DNA of 64,000 nt from Fimbriimonadales bacterium (GTDB taxonomy: Bacteria > Armatimonadota > Fimbriimonadia > Fimbriimonadales > ATM1): assembly GCA_041744215.1 (NCBI GenBank), contig JBGTLG010000033.1, positions 32,001 through 96,000 of the forward strand. Reading direction: 5' to 3'. A model generated the notes under the pieces. It had not been told where the DNA came from, made no database searches, and was given only the letters and a program-made list of their open reading frames with translations. Numbering within the stretch: the first letter of the stretch is position 1; each line of letters opens with the position of its first letter. Below, one piece after another: positions 48,690-57,763 of this stretch. The position numbers were made by a program, and so were the translations under genes.

Positions 48690-48722
48690 AGTATAAGAGA
48701 GAGAGAGAGAGAGAGAGAGCAA
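48690..48722 (-). promoter_or_regulatory. Putative phase-variable promoter with a (CT)12 microsatellite spacer
   Basis: TTGCTC (-35, 48722-48717), 21-bp CT spacer, TATACT (-10, 48695-48690); (AG)12 at 48696-48719 on the plus strand. Confidence 0.65.
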
Positions 48723-48730
48723 CAGTATTT

Positions 48731-49612
48731 TTACTGGGTTTTAGGCTCATCAGGATCGGTTTTTGGGACGGCTTGCTGGCGATTAGAGAAGCAGACCGCC
48801 AGCGCGATTCCGCCGAGGGTGGCGATGGAGGCGACGATCAGACGCATCGTGATCTGCTCCGAGAGAAGGAGCGCACCTGCGAACGCCGTTAGGATTGGGA
48901 CCGAAAGCTGGACGATGGCGGCGCGTGTCGAGGTTAGGCTTGGCTGCACCGCGTACCACAAGATGTAGCCGAGACCCGACGTGACGACCCCTGAAACAAC
49001 CGCGTACACAACGCCGACGTTTGTGAACTCGATTTGCGAGAAGAGAACTGCGGACAATGCGATTGCGAAAGGCGCGGACCAGCGGAAGTTCTCTGCCGTT
49101 GCGAGGGCAGGATGCTCAGCGCCTCGTCCGCGCAAAGTGTATGCCCCCCACGCGATTCCGGCGATGGCCATGAACGCCGCACCGAGCGGATCAGGCGCTG
49201 ATAGGCCAGGCGAGACGAGATAGACCAAGCCGCAGAGCGCGATCAAAAGCCCCAACCATTCTTGAAGTCCCGGACGCTCCCCGCGCACGATCCCATAAGA
49301 GATCATCGTCGCTTGCACCATGCCGAAGAGAATCAGCGCGCCGACGCCGGATTCGAGCGAAACGTATGCGAACGAGAACGCGATCGCATACAGCGCAAGC
49401 ATAAAGCCGGAGATCGCATTGCCAGCACCCTTTTGTTTTGAGCGAAGCGAGAACAGTAGCCAAAGCGCGATTGCGCCAGAGACGAGCCGGATCGTGGTGA
49501 AGCTCGCCGCATCGATTTGTTCTTCGCGCAGAGCCAGCCGACAAAGAATCGAATTGCTCGCAAATGCGGCGAGAGCGAGAGCTGTCAGCAGACCTGCGCG
49601 AAGCGGTGACAA
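48731..49612 (-). CDS. DMT/EamA family transporter
   Basis: About 10 transmembrane helices; FASNSILCRLAL, SGLGYILWY. Confidence 0.88.
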   Translation of the reverse strand: MSPLRAGLLTALALAAFASNSILCRLALREEQIDAASFTTIRLVSGAIALWLLFSLRSKQKGAGNAISGFMLALYAIAFSFAYVSLESGVGALILFGMVQATMISYGIVRGERPGLQEWLGLLIALCGLVYLVSPGLSAPDPLGAAFMAIAGIAWGAYTLRGRGAEHPALATAENFRWSAPFAIALSAVLFSQIEFTNVGVVYAVVSGVVTSGLGYILWYAVQPSLTSTRAAIVQLSVPILTAFAGALLLSEQITMRLIVASIATLGGIALAVCFSNRQQAVPKTDPDEPKTQ

Positions 49613-50314
49613 TTAGCGAGCGATCTTTACGATCTCAAGTTCGAAAACGAGCGTGCTAAATGGCGGGACCGCGGGCGGCCGACCGGGTTCGCCGTACGCG
49701 AGCGGATATGGGATCGTGACTTTTCGTTTTCCGCCTTCTTTCATGCCAGTCAGACCTTGTGTGAAGCCTTTGATCACCGCAGTCTTGCCGAGCGTAACTT
49801 TGAACGTCTCTCCTCGATCGTGCGAGCTGTCGAGTTTGTGCCCGTTGAGGAAGGTGACAGTGTAATGCACCTCGAGGGCGTCGCCATCTTTTGCGGCCAC
49901 GCCGGAGCCTTCGGTCAATTGCTCGATCTCGATGCTCGGTTCTGCGCCCTGCTTGTCGACTCTGAGCAGCTGAATCTCAAAGACGAGCGTCGAGTTTGCG
50001 GGGATGGGTCCGTTGGATTTGTCTCCGTATCCGAGTTCGGGTGGAACGGACACCATTCGCTTGCCACCCGGCTTCATACCGAGGATCGCCTGCTCGAGCC
50101 CCGAGATGACGATCTCTTTGCCCAGTTCGAACGCCATTGGAGCCTTCCCCTTGGTCGTCCCGAATTCCACTCCGGTGGTCAGCGACCCACGGTAGTCAAG
50201 AGCGACGATATCGCCAGATTGGGCGGTTTCTCCCTTTCCTATAACCATGTCGATGTAGTTGATGGCTGCCGGAGTCTGAAGAATCACGGTGGCAGCGAAT
50301 ACGGAACTGATCAT
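49613..50314 (-). CDS. FKBP-type peptidyl-prolyl isomerase (two FKBP domains)
   Basis: GMKPGGKR..VPPELGYG...IPANSTLVFE, present twice. Confidence 0.93.
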   Translation of the reverse strand: MISSVFAATVILQTPAAINYIDMVIGKGETAQSGDIVALDYRGSLTTGVEFGTTKGKAPMAFELGKEIVISGLEQAILGMKPGGKRMVSVPPELGYGDKSNGPIPANSTLVFEIQLLRVDKQGAEPSIEIEQLTEGSGVAAKDGDALEVHYTVTFLNGHKLDSSHDRGETFKVTLGKTAVIKGFTQGLTGMKEGGKRKVTIPYPLAYGEPGRPPAVPPFSTLVFELEIVKIAR

Positions 50315-50355
50315 AGCGGAAGACTACCTGGGCAGCGTATGTAAACTGGCAGACT

Positions 50356-50910
50356 ATGGCGAAGATCTACACGAAGACGGGGGACGCGGGCGAGACTGGG
50401 CTGATTGGCGGCGACCGGGTTTCGAAGGGGAGTGCCCGGATGAACGCGATCGGCGAAGTCGACGAGGCTAATGCGGCGATCGGCTTAGCCGTCACCTCCG
50501 GCCTCGATGCAGACGTTGCTGCGGTTCTGCGCCGCATCCAATGGGAGCTTTTTGATTTGGGAGCAAGCCTGGCGACGGTCAAGTCGGGAGCCTATAGGAC
50601 GTCGAGCGTCGGGCAACGTCAGATCGAGCAGATCGAATCCGAGATCGACGGGTTCTCTTCGGAGAACCCTCCGCTGACGCACTTCATCCTGCCTGGCGGA
50701 TCGTTGCTGGGGGCCCACCTGCACCTTGCTCGAACCGTCGTTCGTCGAGCCGAGCGGGCGGTCGTCGGGCTGGCAGAGACGGAGGCTGTTCCTGCCGAAG
50801 CCATCATGTACCTGAATAGGCTCTCGGACTTGCTCTTCACACTTGCCCGTACCGTGAACAGGAGGTCGGGCGTCGAAGAATTGAAGTGGACGCCGGAGGT
50901 TAAGACGTGA
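50356..50910 (+). CDS. pduO: Cob(I)alamin adenosyltransferase, PduO type
   Basis: KIYTKTGDAGET, FILPGG, RRAER, YLNRLSD. Confidence 0.93.
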   Translation: MAKIYTKTGDAGETGLIGGDRVSKGSARMNAIGEVDEANAAIGLAVTSGLDADVAAVLRRIQWELFDLGASLATVKSGAYRTSSVGQRQIEQIESEIDGFSSENPPLTHFILPGGSLLGAHLHLARTVVRRAERAVVGLAETEAVPAEAIMYLNRLSDLLFTLARTVNRRSGVEELKWTPEVKT

Positions 50911-51668
50911 TTTCAGTTGTTGCTGCCTTGATTATGAGTTCGCCGTATGCGCTTACGGCGGAAGAACTGTGGACGAACACGCTTCAGAGGTATGAGACCG
51001 CTGTGGCTGTTAGGGGGACGATCGAGTTTGTTCAAACGGGCACAGCCGGGGACTTAGAGGGTCGCTCCGTCGTCGTGACCGAAGTGGCGGCAAAGCAGCC
51101 AAACCTGTTTTCAATTCGTCAGACGAAGCGAACGGGGCAAGCATCGGTGTTCATGGCAGCGAGCGACGGGAAACAGATGTCGTTCACTGCGCCCGCTGAC
51201 TGGCAACGGATCTCTTCGCGTGCACGCACCGTGTATGGGTGGGCTCCAGAAAAACTGGAAGGCGCGCTTGACAGCATTGCGACCCTTTTGCTCGATAGGC
51301 AATTGCCGATTGCACTTGCGGTTTACAATCCAGTCGATGTGAAACTGTTTTCTCGGGCGATTCGAAAACCGGTGATTGCGGATGAATTTGTGGACGGCGG
51401 AAGGACAGTCTATCGCTTGGAGGCAGACTTTGCGTTTTCCCGGTTTGGCCCTGCCGACCCAAGCAAGCGCAATTCGGTCGATGCTTGGATTCCGATCCAC
51501 CTCTACGTTACGAAAGCTGGGGACTTGCTGGCGATGGAGTATGCGGAAACACTGAGCTTTAAGGATCAGCGGACGGGGCTGAACATCTCCCTTCAGGTTG
51601 TCAATCGGTGGAACGTTAACCTCCAGGTGAATGTGCCGATCGACTCGTCAGTCTTTGCGGTGCAGTAG
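50907..51668 (+). CDS. Secreted LolA-like/DUF2092-like protein
   Basis: Signal peptide; KQPNLF, SDGKQ; paralog of the next gene. Confidence 0.6.
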   Translation: MISVVAALIMSSPYALTAEELWTNTLQRYETAVAVRGTIEFVQTGTAGDLEGRSVVVTEVAAKQPNLFSIRQTKRTGQASVFMAASDGKQMSFTAPADWQRISSRARTVYGWAPEKLEGALDSIATLLLDRQLPIALAVYNPVDVKLFSRAIRKPVIADEFVDGGRTVYRLEADFAFSRFGPADPSKRNSVDAWIPIHLYVTKAGDLLAMEYAETLSFKDQRTGLNISLQVVNRWNVNLQVNVPIDSSVFAVQ

Positions 51669-51734
51669 CCGTTTGGGTATCCTGATTCGAACTCGGCGCC
51701 CTGGCTCGGACGTCTTGGCGAGGGAATTCACTCT

Positions 51735-52481
51735 ATGTTTGCAATAATCGTCGCCGCCCTGATCAGCGCACCGCAAGACACGCCGCTCGATGGCAAGGCC
51801 ACGTTCGAGCGAATGCTCACGAAGTATTACAGCGCGAAGTCAATCAAGGGGACGATCGAGTTTAATCAGACCGTCGAAGGGGTTGGCAAGAGTACGATCT
51901 TGACGACAGTGCAAGCGCAGAAACCAAACCTGTTATTCATAGAGCAGACCAAGACCACCGGCGAAAAGGCGAGTTTCCGAGCGATTTGCGACGGAAAGCA
52001 GTTAGTGTTTACGGCGCCTCCCGATTGGACAAACTACCGCCCAGGCGCACGGATGGTGTTTGCAGAGGCCCCGGATTCCTTCTCGAATGCTATGGACTCG
52101 TTCGCTGTGTTGATGCTCGATCGCCAGCTTGCTTCTGGTCTCGCGCTTTACAATCCATATGAAGTCGTTACTTTCACAAAGCAGATAAAGAACATCCGAA
52201 TGGAAGCGGAAGTAACGCTATCCGGGACACCGGCTTGGCGGCTGTCGGCGGAGTATGGAATAGGTGTCGGTGGCCCCGGCACTGGCGAGCGCGCAGCTTA
52301 TGCGAAGGCGTGGTTCTATGTGAGCAAGAACTTTGACTTTTTAGGAATGGTCTATCAAGAGATCTTACAGGGAACAAACGAGCGGACGAGGCAGACCATC
52401 CGGTATCAGATAACGAATCAGTGGATTGTTAATCTTGTGGTGGATGCGCCCGTCGACGCGAGTTTGTTCCGAATACAATAA
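51735..52481 (+). CDS. Secreted LolA-like/DUF2092-like protein
   Basis: Signal peptide; QKPNLL, CDGKQ, LDRQL, VDASLF shared with the previous gene. Confidence 0.6.
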   Translation: MFAIIVAALISAPQDTPLDGKATFERMLTKYYSAKSIKGTIEFNQTVEGVGKSTILTTVQAQKPNLLFIEQTKTTGEKASFRAICDGKQLVFTAPPDWTNYRPGARMVFAEAPDSFSNAMDSFAVLMLDRQLASGLALYNPYEVVTFTKQIKNIRMEAEVTLSGTPAWRLSAEYGIGVGGPGTGERAAYAKAWFYVSKNFDFLGMVYQEILQGTNERTRQTIRYQITNQWIVNLVVDAPVDASLFRIQ

Positions 52482-52490
52482 CCAGCCGGC

Positions 52491-52961
52491 TCACCGCACG
52501 ATTTCTATGATTGCGTCCCATTCTTTTTTGGTGACGGGAGTGATGCTCAGCCTGTTTCCTCTCCTGAGCACAACCATCGAGGCGAGTTCAGGCATTTGCT
52601 TCATTTGCGCTAGCGAAAGTGGAGTTTCAAGCTTCTTTACCGGGGCGATCTCGACCAGCCACCAGCGCGGTTCGTCTCGATTCGACTTTGAATCATAGCC
52701 TTCCGATGCAGGATCGAACTGGGTGTCATCGGGGTAGGCCTGAGACGACACCTTTGCAATCCCTGCGATACCGGGCTCAGGGCAGCTGGAGTGATAGAAG
52801 AGGACGCCGTCTCCAACCGACATTAGGTCGCGCATGTAATTGCGTGCTTGGTAGTTGCGGACGCCGTCCCAGCGCCCCGCCCCTGATGGCTCGTCTAAGA
52901 GATCCTCGATCGAATAGCAGTCGGGTTCGGATTTGAATAGCCAGTACGATTTGGGGGGCAC
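52491..52961 (-). CDS. EVE domain protein
   Basis: YWLFKSEP, WDGVRNYQARN, FYHS, RLSITPV. Confidence 0.93.
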   Translation of the reverse strand: MPPKSYWLFKSEPDCYSIEDLLDEPSGAGRWDGVRNYQARNYMRDLMSVGDGVLFYHSSCPEPGIAGIAKVSSQAYPDDTQFDPASEGYDSKSNRDEPRWWLVEIAPVKKLETPLSLAQMKQMPELASMVVLRRGNRLSITPVTKKEWDAIIEIVR

Positions 52962-53034
52962 AATCGGTTTGTACCCCAGGTGTTGTGAGCGAGATAACTC
53001 GCGGGTGATGCGACCTGTGGGGTATGAAGCAGGA

Positions 53035-54675
53035 ATGCCAGACACGGAACATGGGCCGTCGCGTCCAAGCGGGGGCTCGTTCATTGTTCAGCGTCCTGAT
53101 CAAATCTTCACGCCGGAGGGCTTTGACTCAGATGCGCGCTTGATGGCTGATACCGCTTTGCAATTCGCCCGGAACGAGGTCATTCCAAATCTTGAGCGGC
53201 TCGACGCTCAAGAGGACAACCTTATGATGGACCTCGTTCGGAAGGCGTGCGAGTTAGGTTTTGGGGGACCCGACTCTCCTGAGCAGTTTGGCGGCTTAGG
53301 ATTACCGAAGACCGTTGCGACGCGCATCCTGGAGATGATCAGCCTAAACGGAAGCTTCAGCACAACGATCGGAGTGCATCAAGGGGTCGGCCAGATGCCA
53401 ATTGCGCTTTTTGGAACCGACGAGATTCAGCAGCGTTACCTGATTTCTCTGACATCCGGCGAATACATGGGCGCTTACGCGCTGAGCGAACCCAACAGCG
53501 GCACTGACGCAATGAGTGGTACCGCCAAAGCAGTCCGCGACGGGTCGGACTTTTTGCTTACCGGCACGAAGATGTGGATATCAAACGCGAAGTGGGCGGG
53601 CTCGTTCATTACATTCGCAAAAATCGACGGCGAACGGTTGACAGCGTTCGTGGTTGAGCGGGATATGCCAGGCGTTTCCGTATCGCGCGAGGAGCACAAG
53701 ATGGGGCTAAAGGGCTCATCGACCGCCCGCTTGTTGCTTGAGTCTGCGCGCGTTCCCGTGGCGAACGTCCTTTATCATGAGGGCCAGGGACACAAAGTTG
53801 CCTTCAATACTTTAAACATTGGTCGATGCAAGTTGGCCGCGATGGCTGCGGGCCAGGCTCGCTCGGCGCTGAGTCTTGGAGCGAGATACGCGAAGGAGCG
53901 AAAGCAGTTTGGCAAACCCATCGCGGAATTCGGACTGATCCAAGACAAGATCGCGCGGTCTGTCTCCTCTTTCTTTGCGGCAGAAAGCGCGCTCTACCGA
54001 ACTGCCGAACTGATCGATCAAGCGTTTGCAGCAGCGAATCCTGGTGGGGATCGGTTTGAAGAGAACCGCAAAGCTGCAGAAGAGTTTCAAATCGAATGCT
54101 CTCTGATCAAGATTTTTGCGACTGAAACATTAAGCTACATCGTTGACGAAGCACTGCAGATTCACGGTGGTTATGGCTTTACCGAGGAGTTTCCCGTTGG
54201 GCGACTTTACCGCGATGCGCGCGTAATGCGGATTTATGAAGGGACGAACGAGATCAATCGCATTTTTGCATTCGACCGAATCGTTAAGCGAGGAATACTC
54301 GATGAATTGCTAGACTCAGAACCCATTTCTGCGACACACGAATACTTGATCCAAGGAGCCAGAGCCGCTTGCAAGCGGCTGGATAGCCAGCAGGTACTGG
54401 CTTGTGCAAGCGATCTCGCGATGACGTTTTACGCGCAGCAATCCGCGAGGCAGCGCGCTCAGCAAATGCGATCGTCTGGAAACCCAAGAGCGGATCTCGC
54501 CGAGGCGGCTGCTTCGCACTTCGAAGCGATTGCCAACTCAAGCGCAGCAACCCGACTTGCCGAACTGCTGAGCCGATGCGGGGTAGCGGGCGAAGTGAAG
54601 ATTCCGCCAGGTGACTTCGCAGGCGCAGATTTGATATCGGAGGCCGCCTTCGATGCGGATGGGTACCCGTTTTAG
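53035..54675 (+). CDS. Acyl-CoA dehydrogenase
   Basis: YALSEPNSGTDA, EHKMGLKGSST, QIHGGYGF, RIYEGTNEI. Confidence 0.93.
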   Translation: MPDTEHGPSRPSGGSFIVQRPDQIFTPEGFDSDARLMADTALQFARNEVIPNLERLDAQEDNLMMDLVRKACELGFGGPDSPEQFGGLGLPKTVATRILEMISLNGSFSTTIGVHQGVGQMPIALFGTDEIQQRYLISLTSGEYMGAYALSEPNSGTDAMSGTAKAVRDGSDFLLTGTKMWISNAKWAGSFITFAKIDGERLTAFVVERDMPGVSVSREEHKMGLKGSSTARLLLESARVPVANVLYHEGQGHKVAFNTLNIGRCKLAAMAAGQARSALSLGARYAKERKQFGKPIAEFGLIQDKIARSVSSFFAAESALYRTAELIDQAFAAANPGGDRFEENRKAAEEFQIECSLIKIFATETLSYIVDEALQIHGGYGFTEEFPVGRLYRDARVMRIYEGTNEINRIFAFDRIVKRGILDELLDSEPISATHEYLIQGARAACKRLDSQQVLACASDLAMTFYAQQSARQRAQQMRSSGNPRADLAEAAASHFEAIANSSAATRLAELLSRCGVAGEVKIPPGDFAGADLISEAAFDADGYPF

Positions 54676-54706
54676 AGTTTGGCCCAGGAATTGCTCGCCG
54701 AAAGTC

Positions 54707-55012
54707 GTGATTCTGTCTCGGCCGCCGATCTCAGTGACGCTTCTGGTGAGTATCGCCTTGCTCGACCTGGTAGTCACTACAGTGCTCTTCTGCTTGGGGC
54801 TAATCGAAGAGATGAACCCTCTGATGCGGCCTCTGATTCACACTCACCCAGCCCTGTTTGTTGTCGTCAAACTCGCGACCATCGCAGCGGCGTTCATCGG
54901 ACTTCAGTGGTACCGGCGTCACGATGAAAAGTTTGTGCGGCTTGTCGCAGGCTACGGAGCAGTCGTCTACTCGGTCGTGTGGGTTGGCTGGTGCATCGGC
55001 GCACACCTGTAA
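54707..55012 (+). CDS. DUF5658-like small membrane protein
   Basis: LDLVVT...EEMNPLM...FVVVK. Confidence 0.7.
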   Translation: MILSRPPISVTLLVSIALLDLVVTTVLFCLGLIEEMNPLMRPLIHTHPALFVVVKLATIAAAFIGLQWYRRHDEKFVRLVAGYGAVVYSVVWVGWCIGAHL

Positions 55013-55028
55013 GGTGTAAACTCCCGGC

Positions 55029-56648
55029 ATGATTCTCGGGCCACAGGCCCCACCTCCCGTCGATTTCCTGCCTTTTCGGATCGGCGCGGAGGCTAACCTT
55101 GCTCAACAACGTCCGATCCTTCGACTCGGCGACGTGACCATTGAGGCAGACCGTGCCGAATTCGAAATCGACGAACGGCGCCAGACGTTTCGAGGTCGTG
55201 TACTGTTGCGCTACTTCGAAACGACTGTCGTCGCGGACGAAGCGATTGTCGACGCTGAGCGTGGAAAAGTCCTGCTGAACGGCAATCTAACTCTTACGGA
55301 TCCGTTCGGCATCATCAGAGCCACGACAATGGAGTTTGATGTTCGGGAGATCCGTGAGGATGGCGAGAATGATCGGTACGAGTTTCTTGGCGGAACTGCG
55401 CGGAACGTCGATGTAGAAGCGTTTGAGGGACGTTTTCGAGCAGACTTGCTCAGCGTCAGACCACGTATCGGGCGAGAGCCTGGCGCAATCACGATCCACA
55501 TGGAAGGTGTCACCGCGACTGCATGTGACCGCGAAACGCCGGACTTTGAGTTTCGATTCAAAGAACTACAGGTGCATCCCGGTGATGTCGCTCGATGGAA
55601 GGGCGCGGAGTTTCGCCTCGGCAAGGGCTTTAAGCTTCCCTTTCCCGACTACTATGCAACGATTGGCCGTCAGGAAGCTGGCTTGTTGCTTCCTCAGCCG
55701 ACGTTGTCATCCGGCTTTCGCGCGGGATATCGTTGGAGAAACTTGTTCGAGATTGGACCAGCGGCACAAGCCATGTTCGAGCAGTCTGCCGCATTCGACG
55801 CTGTACCGTCAGTAAACATGCACTTTGCGTATGCGCTCGACGGGAACCGATACGACAAGCGCAGACCGATTTTGATTCGCAATGAAGACGGCGAGAGGTT
55901 TAAGAATGGATACTGGGACAACGTTACCGTTCGCGAGATGCGGCACGAGGAAGAGAGCATAGCAGAAGGGGCGATGACCGCCTACATAGGACGGCGGACA
56001 AACGTCGGCTCGGTACAGCGTCTTGACACAAGTTTACGATTTGATCGAGAATGGTTTCTTGGCGTGCAGCATTCTGGAAAATTGGGCAATGCCTCATGGC
56101 AAGCCCAGTTGGACTACGGCGCGGTCCGTCCCCGTTTGTCCAGCGACGGCTTCCGCCGCTTCGAGGGATACGCGACCGTCCTCGTGCCCGATGTCAAGCT
56201 AACAGAGGATGTTTCGTTTCGCGTTCGAGGAGACCTCGGCACTTTTTTCGGCAATGCATCGGGCTACAGCTGGTTTCGGCCGATGGTCGGATTGGCCTAC
56301 TGTCCGTCGAAATCGCTACAGGTGAGCTTGTCGTACTTCAAGGCACAGGCATTTGGAACGCCACAGCTGGATATCGACAGGCTCTACTCATCCCACGCAA
56401 TCCATTTGCGAACGGATGTAAACCTCGCGGCAACCAATCTATCGGTGTTGCTGAAGTACGACTTCGATAGACAGCAATTGTACGACATCGAGATTGGCCT
56501 CAGTCAACTGATGCACTGTGTTCGCCCGTATGTCGCCTATCGAAGTAGCCCAGGTGCTATCAGTTTTGGAATTCAACTTGAAGCACAGAAACTCTTTGAG
56601 AGCTTGTCACAGAGGAATCCTCGCCGCAATCAACCACCAAAAACATAA
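55029..56648 (+). CDS. LptD-like outer membrane (LPS assembly) protein
   Basis: OstA-like N-terminus (IEADRAE), TACD..PDF motif, beta-barrel-like C-terminus ending in HC. Confidence 0.6.
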   Translation: MILGPQAPPPVDFLPFRIGAEANLAQQRPILRLGDVTIEADRAEFEIDERRQTFRGRVLLRYFETTVVADEAIVDAERGKVLLNGNLTLTDPFGIIRATTMEFDVREIREDGENDRYEFLGGTARNVDVEAFEGRFRADLLSVRPRIGREPGAITIHMEGVTATACDRETPDFEFRFKELQVHPGDVARWKGAEFRLGKGFKLPFPDYYATIGRQEAGLLLPQPTLSSGFRAGYRWRNLFEIGPAAQAMFEQSAAFDAVPSVNMHFAYALDGNRYDKRRPILIRNEDGERFKNGYWDNVTVREMRHEEESIAEGAMTAYIGRRTNVGSVQRLDTSLRFDREWFLGVQHSGKLGNASWQAQLDYGAVRPRLSSDGFRRFEGYATVLVPDVKLTEDVSFRVRGDLGTFFGNASGYSWFRPMVGLAYCPSKSLQVSLSYFKAQAFGTPQLDIDRLYSSHAIHLRTDVNLAATNLSVLLKYDFDRQQLYDIEIGLSQLMHCVRPYVAYRSSPGAISFGIQLEAQKLFESLSQRNPRRNQPPKT

Positions 56649-57700
56649 ATCAGCAGCGCGATCACTGCAAGTATCGCAACGACGATTAGCGTGACTTTGA
56701 ACCAGCTGACAGGCGCATCACCTGAAACTTCGCCCGTGCGCCCGTTGATCAAGAACGTGTAAGACTTCTTTTTGAACCGATATGATCCCAACCACACTGG
56801 CAGAAGGATGTGCTTAAACGTCACCCCGTCGTACTGAGTCTTAATCGAAGTGATCTGCTGCTGATCGCCACCGATATCCATGCGGATACTTGCTTGAATC
56901 GCGGGAAGCATCATCTCCTTGGCCTCATCAAAGCCATTTTCTAAACTGACTTGGTAACGCTCGGTGCGGAATCCGCTGAGGAACTCGTCTGCATAGGGAG
57001 TCAACTGATCCAAGTCCCAGTTCCTAAGGGCACGGCCATGTTTGGGAGGGATCGAATGGCTCCCGAGGACAAGCAGATCATCAAAAGAGTTCCAAACGAC
57101 GCCGGCCGCTGGAAACCAGCGAGTCTTTCGCACCTGTCGCGTTTGCGTGTTTCCCTGCGAGTCGCGGTATGTTTCAGTTACATAGTAGTACTCGCCACGC
57201 ATACCGGTGTACCAACTCGTCGTTTTAGCGTCGTATGTCCAATAAGGTACGTACATGCCCTGTAGCGCGCCCTCTTCAAGCGCGAATTTCTTGAGAGCGC
57301 TGGGTGCAAGCCAAAGTTTTTGGAGCCAAGATTTGTAAGCTTCCCTGGCTTCTTTTGATTTCAGCTTGAAAGGCAGGAGCGATTTAGGGTGGATTCGGGC
57401 TTCTGCAGGAACAGGGATGATCATGTTCGATCCACAGAAAGGGCACATGTCGGATACTGCCCTGGCTGACGCTGTATATTCGGCAGCGCACGCGCTGCAC
57501 TTTACGGTTTGTTGCCCATCCTCGACAGCTTCTTGCTCAGCGTTGAGAGCGTACTCGTGAAAGTCGAGCTCGACGATCTCGTCTTCGGATTGCGGAATGT
57601 GGTTGACAAAAGCGCAGTAGTCGCACTTCAGGTTTACTGTGCCGGGCTCAAATGAGAGTTGCGCGCCACATTGTTGACAAGGAAAGCGTTTGACAGACAT
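56630..57700 (-). CDS. Zn-ribbon membrane-anchored protein (SPFH partner)
   Basis: Four CxxC pairs, YVPYWTYD, KHILLPVW, INGRTGEVSG, C-terminal transmembrane helix. Confidence 0.8.
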   Translation of the reverse strand: MSVKRFPCQQCGAQLSFEPGTVNLKCDYCAFVNHIPQSEDEIVELDFHEYALNAEQEAVEDGQQTVKCSACAAEYTASARAVSDMCPFCGSNMIIPVPAEARIHPKSLLPFKLKSKEAREAYKSWLQKLWLAPSALKKFALEEGALQGMYVPYWTYDAKTTSWYTGMRGEYYYVTETYRDSQGNTQTRQVRKTRWFPAAGVVWNSFDDLLVLGSHSIPPKHGRALRNWDLDQLTPYADEFLSGFRTERYQVSLENGFDEAKEMMLPAIQASIRMDIGGDQQQITSIKTQYDGVTFKHILLPVWLGSYRFKKKSYTFLINGRTGEVSGDAPVSWFKVTLIVVAILAVIALLIYVFGG

Positions 57701-57763
57701 GAAGAAACAAACTCACTCAAGCCGATCGATACGTGAAGTCGAAGGATGCAAGCGAGATTTGCA

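Noticed and set aside
56630-57700. Primosomal protein N'/helicase label often attached to this family
   Set aside because: No Walker or helicase motifs; only Zn ribbons and a transmembrane anchor
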